Origin: Chitinophaga pinensis
GTDB taxonomy: Bacteria > Bacteroidota > Bacteroidia > Chitinophagales > Chitinophagaceae
DNA: 35,895 nt
Reading direction: 5' to 3'
Assembly: GCA_945866165.1 (NCBI GenBank)
Contig: CAMBGO010000001.1
Span: 1-35,895, forward strand
Shown here in pieces: positions 19,755-30,044 of this stretch. The notes below the pieces were generated by a model. It made no database searches and had not been told where the DNA came from. It saw only the letters and a program-made list of their open reading frames with translations. Made by a program: the position numbers and the translations under genes. How positions within the stretch are numbered: position 1 is the stretch's first letter; the number at the start of each line of letters is the position of its first letter.

Positions 19755-20327
19755 CTATTTTTCATTTTCAATCCTGATAGAATCAACATTGAATTGATCA
19801 GGATTTTTGCCCACCTTGTCTTTATAAAATTCCTTGAACAACTGCATATCATTTTGGTGATTACCTGTTAGGTAAATTGGTGCACCAAATCCAGCTTCTT
19901 TTTTCTGGTAATCAAGGTACCCCGGTAATACAGGAACATTGGCACCAAGCGCAGTGAAGTAGAAACCCGACTTCCATTTTGATACGAGTTTTCTTGTTCC
20001 TTCTGCAGGTATCATTATAAGTAATTCATCACTCTTGTTGAATTTGCTGATTAGAAATTCTGTGAGGTTTTGTTTTTTACTTCTTTCAACAGGAATTCCG
20101 CCTGTGCCTTTCAGGATGATGGATAGTGGGAAAGTAAAAAGCTCTTTCTTAGCTAAGTAATTCACTTTTAGTTTTAATATCCTGAATACGGCAAGTGAAA
20201 AAAGGAAATCCCAGTTTGATGTATGTGGCGCAGCAATAACCACTGCTTTTTTAAGGTCTGAGGGAACTTCTCCATTTATTTTCCATCCGCTGAGCTTGAA
20301 CCACCAAGCAAAAAATCCTGTGATCAT
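19755..20327 (-). CDS. 1-acyl-sn-glycerol-3-phosphate acyltransferase (PlsC family)
   Basis: APHTSNWD (HX4D) and PAEGTR motifs. Confidence 0.9.
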   Translation of the reverse strand: MITGFFAWWFKLSGWKINGEVPSDLKKAVVIAAPHTSNWDFLFSLAVFRILKLKVNYLAKKELFTFPLSIILKGTGGIPVERSKKQNLTEFLISKFNKSDELLIMIPAEGTRKLVSKWKSGFYFTALGANVPVLPGYLDYQKKEAGFGAPIYLTGNHQNDMQLFKEFYKDKVGKNPDQFNVDSIRIENEK

Positions 20328-20376
20328 AAATTTTATTTAACCTATAAAAAATTTAGCTATCAAATATCGCGTTAAA

Positions 20377-23202
20377 TTAATGTGCTTCAAGCCAATTATC
20401 TCCTGCACCCGCTTCAGCTAATACAGGTACATTATTAGGAAGAGCCAATGCATTTTGCATATTTTCAAGTATCAATATTTTCATCTCTTCCACTTCTTCC
20501 TTTAATGTATCAAATATCAATTCATCATGCACTTGAAGAATCATTTTACTTTTCAACTTACTTTCTTTCAAGGCATGTTGAACTTTGATCATAGCCAATT
20601 TTATCATATCTGCTGCAGATCCTTGTATAGGCGAATTGATAGCATTTCTTTCTGCAAAACCTCTTACGGTAAAGTTTGAAGAGTTGATGTCACGTAGCCA
20701 TCTTTTTCTTCCCATTAGGGTTTCAACATAACCTTTGTCCTTTGCAAATTGGATAGTTGATTCCATGTATTCGGTAATACCGGGGAATTCTTTTTTATAA
20801 TTATCGATAATTGTTTTGGCTTCTGTTCTGCTGATACCAAGGTTTTCAGCCAGTCCAAATGCACCTTGCCCATATATAATTCCAAAGTTTACACTTTTTG
20901 CTTTGTATCGCATTTCCTTAGTAACATCTTTTTCTTCAATGCCATATACTTTTGCTGCTGTTGCAGTATGAATGTCTTTCCCAAGTTTAAATGCTTCGCA
21001 CATATTTTTATCACCACTAATTGCAGCTACTATTCTTAGTTCAATCTGAGAATAGTCGGCCGAAATAAGCACATGGTTTTTATCTCTTGGAACAAATGCT
21101 TTTCTGATTTCTTTTCCCCTATCGCTTCGTACTGGAATATTTTGAAGGTTTGGATTGTTGCTAGATAACCTTCCTGTTACTGCAACTGCTTGGGCATAGT
21201 TTGTATGTACCCTGCCTGTGTTTGGATTGATAAGAAGGGGAAGGGAATCAACATAGGTCGATTTCAACTTTGTAAGTTCCCTGAAGGCAAGTATATCTGA
21301 TACGATTGGAAATTGGTTTGCCAATTTTTTTAATACATCTTCACCTGTTGCGTATTGTCCGGTTTTGGTTTTCTTCGCTTTTGGATCCAACAACAACTTT
21401 TCAAACAGTACTTCTCCCAATTGTTTTGGTGAAGCAAGGTTGAATCGAACGCCTGCAATTTTATAAACAGATTCTTCTGCAATTTTTGCTTCCTTATCGA
21501 GTTCTTTAGAATACTCTTTCAAAAATTCAACATCCACTTTAACGCCTTCAAACTCCATATCGGCGAGAACTTTCACTAATGGGTTTTCAACTTCATTAAA
21601 AACCTTCTCTACGTCCTTTGATATGATTTGTGGAGCAAAAATATTTTTTAATTGAAGTGTAATGTCTGCATCTTCACCAGCATATTCTTTTACTTTTTCG
21701 ATTTCCACATCACGCATATTGCCCTGGTTTTTACCCTTCTTTCCAATTAACTCTTCAATATGTACTGGTTCATAGCTAAGGTATTTTGCACTGAGCAGGT
21801 CCATACTTCTTTTCCCTTCAGGTTCAATAACATAATGCGCAAGCATCGTATCGAAAATATTTCCTGCCAATCCAAAGCCATGATTTTTTAGAATGAGCAG
21901 GTCATATTTTATATTCTGACCAATCCAGGTTATTGATGAATCATTGAATAGCACATTGAATTTCTCCAGCATTGCTATTGTTTCTTTCTTGTTATCAGGG
22001 CAAGGGACATAGCTAGCTGTTCCTGGTTTAATGGAAAAGCTCATGCCTACAATAGAAGCTAGGTTTGCATCTAGTCCTGTAGTTTCAGTATCAAAGCAAA
22101 TTTCTTTTTCATTTTTAAGTGAATTGATGAGAGCGTCTATTTTTTTATTGTCGTCTATCAGTTCATATTGATGTGGTGTATTGTTTATGTTTTTATCTGC
22201 AATGATATTGGGCGTATCATCTTCTTCTGAAGAAGTTACTTGTGAATTATCTGCAACAGTAACACCCCCACCAAAAAGATCACCCTGTACAGTAGTGCCA
22301 CTTTTTTCAACGGGACCTGCCATTGGAATTTCTTCACCCAATATTCTTTTACCAATGCTTCTGAATTCTAGTTCACTGAAGATTTCTCTCAAAGTATCTT
22401 TATTTACATCCTTTACTTTGAATTCACCTTCGTGAAATTGTACAGGCACAGAAGTTATAATTGTAGCAAGTTTTTTGCTCATCAGTGCCAAGTCTTTCCC
22501 TTTTCTTACTTTTTCTCCAATTGAACCTTTTATTTCATCTGCATGATCAAGTACATTTTCAACTGTTCCGTATTCTGCAAGAAGTTTAGCAGCCGTTTTT
22601 TCACCTACACCTGGTATGCCTGGAATATTATCAACCGCATCACCCATCATGGCAAGGATATCAATCACTTGTGAAACTTCTTTGATATTCCATTTTTCAC
22701 ATACCTCTTTTGGTCCGATGATTTCAAAATCTCCACCTTGATATGGTGGCTTATAAATCTTTATATTTTCTGATACAAGTTGTCCATAGTCTTTATCAGG
22801 CGTTACCATGAATACTTCATAGCCTTCTTTCTCTGCTTGCTTTGCAAGTGTTCCAATTACATCATCTGCTTCAAACCCATCTGTTTCGATGAGGGGTATG
22901 TTAAAGCCTTCAATAATTTTTCTGATGTCTGGTAATGATGCTATTAAATCTTCCGGTGCTTCTTGCCTATTTGCTTTATAGTCTGCAAAATCAGTATGAC
23001 GTTCTGTTGGTGCTGCAGTATCAAAACAAATGGCAATATGGGTTGGTTTTTGTTTGTTGAGCAAGTCAATTAATGCATTGGTAAAACCAAATTGCGCATT
23101 GGTGTTTTTGCCCTTGCTAGTGATGCGGGGACTTCTAATCAGGGCATAGTATGCGCGAAAAATTAATGCAAAAGCATCTAATAAAAATAACCTCTTATCC
23201 AT
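20377..23202 (-). CDS. polA: DNA polymerase I
   Basis: 5'-3' exonuclease (EADDVIGTLA, GDAVDNIPG), 3'-5' exonuclease (FDTETTGL), polymerase motifs ADYSQIELR, AKSVNFGIIYG, LQVHDEL. Confidence 0.98.
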   Translation of the reverse strand: MDKRLFLLDAFALIFRAYYALIRSPRITSKGKNTNAQFGFTNALIDLLNKQKPTHIAICFDTAAPTERHTDFADYKANRQEAPEDLIASLPDIRKIIEGFNIPLIETDGFEADDVIGTLAKQAEKEGYEVFMVTPDKDYGQLVSENIKIYKPPYQGGDFEIIGPKEVCEKWNIKEVSQVIDILAMMGDAVDNIPGIPGVGEKTAAKLLAEYGTVENVLDHADEIKGSIGEKVRKGKDLALMSKKLATIITSVPVQFHEGEFKVKDVNKDTLREIFSELEFRSIGKRILGEEIPMAGPVEKSGTTVQGDLFGGGVTVADNSQVTSSEEDDTPNIIADKNINNTPHQYELIDDNKKIDALINSLKNEKEICFDTETTGLDANLASIVGMSFSIKPGTASYVPCPDNKKETIAMLEKFNVLFNDSSITWIGQNIKYDLLILKNHGFGLAGNIFDTMLAHYVIEPEGKRSMDLLSAKYLSYEPVHIEELIGKKGKNQGNMRDVEIEKVKEYAGEDADITLQLKNIFAPQIISKDVEKVFNEVENPLVKVLADMEFEGVKVDVEFLKEYSKELDKEAKIAEESVYKIAGVRFNLASPKQLGEVLFEKLLLDPKAKKTKTGQYATGEDVLKKLANQFPIVSDILAFRELTKLKSTYVDSLPLLINPNTGRVHTNYAQAVAVTGRLSSNNPNLQNIPVRSDRGKEIRKAFVPRDKNHVLISADYSQIELRIVAAISGDKNMCEAFKLGKDIHTATAAKVYGIEEKDVTKEMRYKAKSVNFGIIYGQGAFGLAENLGISRTEAKTIIDNYKKEFPGITEYMESTIQFAKDKGYVETLMGRKRWLRDINSSNFTVRGFAERNAINSPIQGSAADMIKLAMIKVQHALKESKLKSKMILQVHDELIFDTLKEEVEEMKILILENMQNALALPNNVPVLAEAGAGDNWLEAH

Positions 23203-23285
23203 GCCGTAAAGGTAGTTTATTCAGTGGATTTAGGTGATAGAATGAATGTTTTACGTTTAGTTAAAGCCCCAAAAAAATCTGTTTA

Positions 23286-24014
23286 TTAAAACTTGGTTTC
23301 AATAAAATAAGGAAGCATTTTCCTCCAGGTTGGCCAGTCGTGCTTGATATCATTTCCCCAAATTTCCAATTCATGGGGAATTGATTTGCTATTTAATACT
23401 TCAGAAAATCTTCTATTTGCATTCGGGTCTTCGTGTTCACCGCTACCAGACGCAATAATTATTTTGCCTTTTCGTATTTGCTCAAGGGTATTGTGATTAT
23501 TCTGATTCGGGATATAGTGAATAGGTGAATTAAAATAAACCTGTTCATCATAATAACCATCTGTATATTCTGTTAAGTCATAAACGCCACTCATCGAAAT
23601 TACTCCACTGAATAGGTCTGGTTTTTTTAGATAAAGGTTCATTGCATGTAATGCACCAAAGGAGGCGCCGCATGTGATGATCGGTGTTTTATTTGATGTT
23701 TCATTTTTAATAAATGGAACAACTTCATTGAACACATATGAATTGAATTCATTTTGTCTGATTGCTTTATGGGCGCCTTCCATTTCTTTATTCATCCAAC
23801 TTTCCATGTTAATGCTATTGATGGAAAACACTTTTATTTTTCCAGCATCAATAAATGGGGCGAGTGCATCAATGAGTCCAAAGCGTTTGTATTCAAGGTA
23901 ATCAGCTGCTGCTGTTGGTATCATCAGCATTGCAAAACCAAAGTGACCGTAAAAGTTTAATGGCATTTCCTTTCTAAGAGAGGGACTGTACCAATTATAA
24001 TAGTTCTCTTCCAT
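23286..24014 (-). CDS. Alpha/beta hydrolase, putative esterase family
   Basis: WYSPSL start, nucleophile elbow GASFG, C-terminal HDWPTW His. ATG 24014 is preferred because it avoids overlap with the upstream gene. Confidence 0.87.
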   Translation of the reverse strand: MEENYYNWYSPSLRKEMPLNFYGHFGFAMLMIPTAAADYLEYKRFGLIDALAPFIDAGKIKVFSINSINMESWMNKEMEGAHKAIRQNEFNSYVFNEVVPFIKNETSNKTPIITCGASFGALHAMNLYLKKPDLFSGVISMSGVYDLTEYTDGYYDEQVYFNSPIHYIPNQNNHNTLEQIRKGKIIIASGSGEHEDPNANRRFSEVLNSKSIPHELEIWGNDIKHDWPTWRKMLPYFIETKF

Positions 24015-24019
24015 TTTAT

Positions 24020-26008
24020 TTAGGGCACAATTTTTATAATGCCCCTCATTACAGCTGCATGTCCTGGATAAGAACATATGAACATGTATTCGCCCGGTTT
24101 GCTTGGTGCTGTAAAATAAATTGATTCTGATGCGGAAGGCTGAAGCAATCCTGTATGAAATAACACTTTTGATGTGATTGGTACATAATTCATTTGTGAA
24201 CCCTTTAGGCCAAGTTGAAGAGCAAGGTTACCAACTTCATCACCAGCTCCTGGAGAAACAATAACAACATTATGAGTCATGTCATCGTTGTTATTAAATA
24301 TCAATCTAACTTTTGATCCTGCCCTCACTTCGAAATTAGTTACATCATACTTCAACCCTGGTTTAGTTCCTAGCTTCAACACTCTATCGGGTTGTTTCCA
24401 ATCTGAAGGCATTGTGTTTTGTCTTTTTTTAGTTGGTGTTGATGCTTTTGTTGAAGGAACTACCTTCTCCATGTGGTGCATCATTTTCACTTTCTCTTCT
24501 TCTTTTAGAACTGTTTTGCTTCCTTCAGGAATATTATTCATTGTATAATATGCAGTATTATGAAGCAGGGTTCTATCTTCTTTTGATTCAATTCCTTGAA
24601 TTTTTATTTCGTGGATATATCCTTCAATCAAACTATCCAAAATCAACTTTACTTTCAATCCATCTTCAGAAGGAATAATTCCAATTATTTTTCTTTCGCG
24701 GTTATTAATAATTGGACTTCCATATTCATGATGGTATTCATAGGTAAAGCTATTCACCGAATAGTTCATCGCATTTTTAATCTGTGGTAACTTTCCAGCG
24801 CTTGTGAATTCAACTTCAATTCCATCAGGAAGGGCATGAATGTTTTTCATTTCAAAAGGCGTTTCACCATTCCATACAAGGCGTTGCAATGCATAGTCTT
24901 CTTTTCCTGTACTAGCCCATCCCCTGCTCGTCATACCTGCAAATAATGATCCGTCAAGTCCCCAACGCAATCTCAATAAGCCAGATGCAAAGCCTTCATA
25001 AAACGGATAACATGCTCCTTGGTATTTGCCTTTTACTTTTTCTAGCGACATGCGCATGATTTTTGAATGACCTTGGTCTGCAACAAAATATTGTCCTGTA
25101 AACGGACCAAATGCTCCACCTGTTTGGTCTTCAATTATATCAGCTGTTGATATTCCCATTAATGTATGTGGAAACCATACGGCAGGCAGTTTCAGTTCTT
25201 TTATTTTTTTTGCTGCTTCATGCATGGGTTGTCCATTGTCAACAATTTTTAAATCTTCCTTTGTAAGTTTCAATGGCGACTCAGGTTCTTTGGTCCAATT
25301 AAGACCACCTGCATTGCCAGCGAAGTCACCTTTTTCCAAATGCGTTACGCGACCGCTACCAACCCAATCACCTTGGTTTTCTGCATAGAAAACATCGTTG
25401 TTGCTATTAATGGTGAAGCCTGCAGGAGAACGAAGACCCGTTGCAATAGGTTCAATTACCCCATCATCTTTTACTTTAAGTAGCCAGCCATGCCATTTCC
25501 CTAAGCCATCACCATATCCAACCCATGCAACATTGAGTGTAACAAACATTTCTCCATTTTTGTCAAATACAGGTCCATAGGCATATTCATGGTAGTTGCC
25601 ACTCAATTGAAATAATGTGATGGGCGTATAAGAGTCTGCTCTTCCATCACCATCTTTGTCTTCTATTTTAGTAAGTTCACCACGTTGAGTGCAATAGAAA
25701 ATCCCATCTCTATATGCCAATCCCAATACTTCATGCATACCAGATGCAAATTTTGTGAAGTGAGGAGATCCATTTCCATAAGCATTTTGAATAATCCAGA
25801 TTTCTCCTCTTCTTGTAGATGCTGCGATTCTTCCATCAGGTAATACTGCAACGCCTCCTACTTCAAGTTTTACTTCTTCAGGAATGGCAATCGTCTTTAA
25901 TGAATAGAAATCCTTTTCAGATTGAACAGCATTGATTTGTGAAAAGGAAAAATATGCAGTTAAAGAAAAAATGAAAAGAAGAGAGTATGATTTTTTATTT
26001 AGTAGCAT
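24020..26008 (-). CDS. Secreted beta-propeller (sorbosone/glucose dehydrogenase-like) fused to C-terminal azurin/auracyanin-type blue copper domain
   Basis: Signal peptide; LEVGG...STRRGEIW, NYHEYAYGP, ATGLRSP, ENQGDW propeller; type-1 Cu ligands MTHNVV and CSYPGHAAVM. Confidence 0.85.
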   Translation of the reverse strand: MLLNKKSYSLLFIFSLTAYFSFSQINAVQSEKDFYSLKTIAIPEEVKLEVGGVAVLPDGRIAASTRRGEIWIIQNAYGNGSPHFTKFASGMHEVLGLAYRDGIFYCTQRGELTKIEDKDGDGRADSYTPITLFQLSGNYHEYAYGPVFDKNGEMFVTLNVAWVGYGDGLGKWHGWLLKVKDDGVIEPIATGLRSPAGFTINSNNDVFYAENQGDWVGSGRVTHLEKGDFAGNAGGLNWTKEPESPLKLTKEDLKIVDNGQPMHEAAKKIKELKLPAVWFPHTLMGISTADIIEDQTGGAFGPFTGQYFVADQGHSKIMRMSLEKVKGKYQGACYPFYEGFASGLLRLRWGLDGSLFAGMTSRGWASTGKEDYALQRLVWNGETPFEMKNIHALPDGIEVEFTSAGKLPQIKNAMNYSVNSFTYEYHHEYGSPIINNRERKIIGIIPSEDGLKVKLILDSLIEGYIHEIKIQGIESKEDRTLLHNTAYYTMNNIPEGSKTVLKEEEKVKMMHHMEKVVPSTKASTPTKKRQNTMPSDWKQPDRVLKLGTKPGLKYDVTNFEVRAGSKVRLIFNNNDDMTHNVVIVSPGAGDEVGNLALQLGLKGSQMNYVPITSKVLFHTGLLQPSASESIYFTAPSKPGEYMFICSYPGHAAVMRGIIKIVP

Positions 26009-26067
26009 TTGATCAGTATTATAAGTTGAAAATTATTTTTAGTTGGTTCTGTGTTTTTCAATTTCGT

Positions 26068-27885
26068 TTACCAAATTAGTTGGTAGCTTAGTTTTTGTTT
26101 AGCCGATATCAATAGCACTTGTTGTCCATTATGCACTTCTATTGTTGGAATTTCACCTGCTGATGTTTGAACAAAATAATTCTGGTCATCTATGCTATAT
26201 AATCCATTACCCACTGGCTTTATTGATTTCCCTTGGGCAATTCTAAGCATGAGATTATTTTTTTCATTTCCTTCAACATTGATCGTTCTGTTAATTCCTT
26301 TTCCATTTTCAATTGGACTGATTTTATCTTCTACTTTAAGATTATTGTATTCATATGCAAATACAGGGTATCTATTTTCAGTGAGTGTATATCCTTTGTA
26401 TTTATATTTAGCAATTGAATCAGTTATGTTGTTGCTTTCGAAAATTGGACAAATACCTGGGAGGGTTATTGTTGCACCCATAGGTGATGATGTTTGTGGT
26501 TCACCACGTTCATACCACATATCGGTGGCATTGAGATAGTCTCCTTTCCAAACATACAGCATCGCTCCTTGTATGAGATCATATGAATAATGGACTTGAG
26601 AAGGGTCACCAACTGAAAGAACATGTGTTAGTTTTTTATTTTTATGAAACATGAACGACCTGATGATGGTTGGTTCTTTTTCAGACCTAATATTGATAAG
26701 TGGATCAGGTGCACGTTCAGGCAATGAAGCAGGGGCATGCAATGCAATTGTTTTACTATTTGCTTTTTCAATAGTCAACGAAAGACCAGATCTTGCCCAT
26801 CCCACTTCTTTGTTTACCCAAAGTTTGAAATTGTGTGATCCTTTTGTAAGATTTTTTCTACCATCAAATGCTGAAGCGCCTATGAATGTCCATCCTTTTG
26901 GAATAACTGAATCTCCATCAATGATTAGTCCACCATCTCCTGTAAAGATGCTTGACAGGAGATAATTACCATCTTCTTCAATATTTAATTTTCCTTCGAA
27001 TTGCAAGAAGTAATTGTCTCTTGCTGATGCAAGTCTTGAATCAATTGCTTTTGCTTTTCCTTCACTTGTTGGTTTTGTTTTAGCTGCTTCTTCAAGTGTT
27101 TTAGCAGTCTTTTCGAAATATTTATATGTCAAGTCTGATACACTCACATTTAATTCTTCTTGTGGGGCGTACTTGAAATTTTTTATTGCAATCATTCCAT
27201 GATCTCCTTGAATCATAAGTGGTGCTAATTTTTTTTCATCGTCAGCGATTGCAGCACGTGTTGGACCGCTAACAAAAATATTTTCATGGAGTGTAATTCC
27301 GTTGAGTTTTACAAAATTGAATTTAGCAGGCATTGTTTTTTTACCATTTGCATCAAAGCGTGGGGCTTGAAAAGAAATTTCCATGTGTTGCCAGAGACCA
27401 GGAGCAGAGGATGCATTTTTCAAAGGAGCATTTCCTTCGAAGCCTTTATCGTCTTTCCATCTTTCATATATTCCACCCATATCACTAAACGTAGGAATCT
27501 TAACACCCCAACTGTCGTTTATCTGAACCTCATACCTAGATTGAAGGTATATACCAGAATTTGATCCTTTAGCAATCATGAAATCAAATTCAAGATAGAT
27601 ATCGCCGTGTTCCATGTTGGGGAAGAGGTGATAAGGGGTTCCTTTATACGCAAATGATTTATTGAAATCATTTAGCAATATGCCTATTCCTTTTGTATAT
27701 CCTAACACTGTATCTGCATACCTAGCCTGCACTTCACCAACAATTTTCCAATTGGCGGATGGAGACTTGAACGCTTCCATTGAATTCAAAGGCAATTCTT
27801 TTAGAATTGGTTTTACTTTTTGAGCAAAAGATCCTGTAAGGCTTGAGATTGCAAGGGTTATAATGAGGGATGTTCTAACAAGCAT
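26068..27885 (-). CDS. Secreted DUF1080 (3-keto-disaccharide hydrolase-like) + PA14-like domain protein
   Basis: GSNSGIYLQSRYEVQINDS, PGLWQHMEISF, IQGDHG..AIKN (DUF1080); FLQFEGKLNIEEDGNY..DGGLIIDG (PA14-like). ATG 27885 gives a clean signal peptide. Confidence 0.85.
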   Translation of the reverse strand: MLVRTSLIITLAISSLTGSFAQKVKPILKELPLNSMEAFKSPSANWKIVGEVQARYADTVLGYTKGIGILLNDFNKSFAYKGTPYHLFPNMEHGDIYLEFDFMIAKGSNSGIYLQSRYEVQINDSWGVKIPTFSDMGGIYERWKDDKGFEGNAPLKNASSAPGLWQHMEISFQAPRFDANGKKTMPAKFNFVKLNGITLHENIFVSGPTRAAIADDEKKLAPLMIQGDHGMIAIKNFKYAPQEELNVSVSDLTYKYFEKTAKTLEEAAKTKPTSEGKAKAIDSRLASARDNYFLQFEGKLNIEEDGNYLLSSIFTGDGGLIIDGDSVIPKGWTFIGASAFDGRKNLTKGSHNFKLWVNKEVGWARSGLSLTIEKANSKTIALHAPASLPERAPDPLINIRSEKEPTIIRSFMFHKNKKLTHVLSVGDPSQVHYSYDLIQGAMLYVWKGDYLNATDMWYERGEPQTSSPMGATITLPGICPIFESNNITDSIAKYKYKGYTLTENRYPVFAYEYNNLKVEDKISPIENGKGINRTINVEGNEKNNLMLRIAQGKSIKPVGNGLYSIDDQNYFVQTSAGEIPTIEVHNGQQVLLISAKQKLSYQLIW

Positions 27886-27980
27886 CAGTAAAGTTTTAGT
27901 GTATGAATTTAACAAAAAAGCAAGTGGAAACAATGGAAATATGCATAAAATCCACTGCAAAAAAGATTCATTTAAACTAT

Positions 27981-30023
27981 CTATGATTTGCTCATCACTT
28001 CGAGCTTCTTTTTTGAATCTAGCATTAAATCTCGCAGGCGTGCTGCCTCCATGAAATCCAGGTCGCGCGCAGCTTTTTCCATGTTTTTCTTCAATTTCGT
28101 AATATTCTTTTCCATTTGTGGTATGGTCAAATATTCCGCTTGCTCCTCAGCAGCTATTGCACTTGCATTGTCTTCAGCAGCGGCAATTAAGTTGCTGTAC
28201 TCATCAAATCCTTTTATTTCTAGTACAGCAGTTTGAGCAAAAACTTGTTCTTTACTTTTAATAATGGTTGTTGGCGTGATGTTATTTAGTAAGTTGAATT
28301 CAATTTGTTTTTCTCTTCTGCGTGTTGTTTCATCGATTGTTTTTTGCATGCTACCTGTAATCTTATCTGCATAAAAAATAACCCTGCCATCAACATTTCT
28401 TGCAGCCCTTCCTGCAGTTTGTGTAAGGGACCTTTCGTTTCTTAAAAAACCTTCTTTGTCGGCGTCAAGAATAGCTACAAGTGAAACTTCTGGAAGATCC
28501 AATCCTTCTCTTAGAAGGTTAACTCCAACAAGTACATTTATTTCACCCAGTCTTAATTGTCTTAGTATTTCAACTCTTTCAAGTGTGTCAACATCGCTGT
28601 GAATATATTTTGATCTAATGTTTATGCGCTGAAGGTATTTATCCATTTCTTCAGCCATCCTTTTTGTTAACGTTGTAACGAGTACGCGATCACCTTTTTT
28701 AACAGTCTTGTCTATTTCATCTAGCAGGTCATCAACTTGGTTGATGCTAGGTTTTACCTCTATTGGCGGATCAAGTAGACCAGTGGGACGAACCACTTGT
28801 TCAACAACTACGCCTTCAGTTTTTTGAAGTTCATATTCACCTGGCGTTGCTGAAACGAATACCACTTGGTTCAGCATACTTTCAAATTCATTGAAATTTA
28901 AAGGTCTGTTATCCAATGCTGCGGGCAAGCGGAATCCATAATCAACGAGCACCATTTTTCTACTTCTATCACTACCATACATGCCGCTAACCTGTGGTAT
29001 TGTTTGGTGACTTTCATCAATTACGCAAAGAAAATCTTTTGGGAAATAGTCAAGCAGACAGAACGGTCTTGTTCCTGGTTTTCTTCTATCAAAGAAACGG
29101 GAATAGTTTTCAATTCCACTGCAGTAGCCAAGTTCTTTTATCATTTCAATATCATAATTCACGCGTTCACTTAACCTCTGCGCCTCTATGAATTTTCCAG
29201 AATCTTTGAAATATTGAACCTGTTTGCCAAGTTCATCTAGAATTTCTGAAATGACCTGGTTAATCATATCTTTTGGGGCGAGGTATAAGTTAGCAGGAAA
29301 AATCGCAGCATTGTCTACCGATCCAATTCTTTTTCCTGTAATGATTTCAAGTGTATCTATTGATTCAATTTCATCACCAAAAAAAGTGATACGATATCCA
29401 AAATCAACATAAGGTAAGTTGATATCAACCGTATCTCCTTTTACCCTAAACGTTCCTCTTTTGAATTCGATCTGTGTTCTATTATAAAGTGCATCTACAA
29501 GTGAATGGAGAAATCCTTGTCTGCTAATGATTTGACCTTTATGAATACGAATGATTCCATTTTCAAATTCTGTTGGGTTTCCCATACCATATATACAGCT
29601 AACAGAAGCAACAACAATAATATCCCTTCTACCACTCAGCAATTCAGATGTTGCATGCAGTCGAAGTTTATCCAGTTCTTCATTGATGGCAAGGTCCTTT
29701 TCAATGTATGTATTGCTAACAGGCATGTATGCCTCTGGTTGATAATAATCGTAGTAAGAAACAAAATAACCTACAGCGTTATCGGGAAAGAATTGTTTGA
29801 ATTCGCCATATAGTTGTGCAACCAATGTTTTATTATGGGTCATTACCAATGTTGGTTTTTGAACCTGTTGAATTACATTGGCCATGGTAAAGGTTTTACC
29901 CGAACCAGTTACACCAAGCAATGTTTGGCATTGTTCACCTTCATTTAGTCCCTTAACCAATTGGCTGATTGCATTTGGTTGATCGCCTGCAGGCAAGTAA
30001 GGGGAATGTAAATTGAAGGGCAT
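27981..30023 (-). CDS. uvrB: Excinuclease ABC subunit B
   Basis: GVTGSGKT Walker A, YYDYYQPEAY beta-hairpin, DESH, NLLREGLDLPEV, C-terminal UVR coiled coil. Confidence 0.98.
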   Translation of the reverse strand: MPFNLHSPYLPAGDQPNAISQLVKGLNEGEQCQTLLGVTGSGKTFTMANVIQQVQKPTLVMTHNKTLVAQLYGEFKQFFPDNAVGYFVSYYDYYQPEAYMPVSNTYIEKDLAINEELDKLRLHATSELLSGRRDIIVVASVSCIYGMGNPTEFENGIIRIHKGQIISRQGFLHSLVDALYNRTQIEFKRGTFRVKGDTVDINLPYVDFGYRITFFGDEIESIDTLEIITGKRIGSVDNAAIFPANLYLAPKDMINQVISEILDELGKQVQYFKDSGKFIEAQRLSERVNYDIEMIKELGYCSGIENYSRFFDRRKPGTRPFCLLDYFPKDFLCVIDESHQTIPQVSGMYGSDRSRKMVLVDYGFRLPAALDNRPLNFNEFESMLNQVVFVSATPGEYELQKTEGVVVEQVVRPTGLLDPPIEVKPSINQVDDLLDEIDKTVKKGDRVLVTTLTKRMAEEMDKYLQRINIRSKYIHSDVDTLERVEILRQLRLGEINVLVGVNLLREGLDLPEVSLVAILDADKEGFLRNERSLTQTAGRAARNVDGRVIFYADKITGSMQKTIDETTRRREKQIEFNLLNNITPTTIIKSKEQVFAQTAVLEIKGFDEYSNLIAAAEDNASAIAAEEQAEYLTIPQMEKNITKLKKNMEKAARDLDFMEAARLRDLMLDSKKKLEVMSKS

Positions 30024-30044
30024 TGGAATTATGTTATGATTAAA

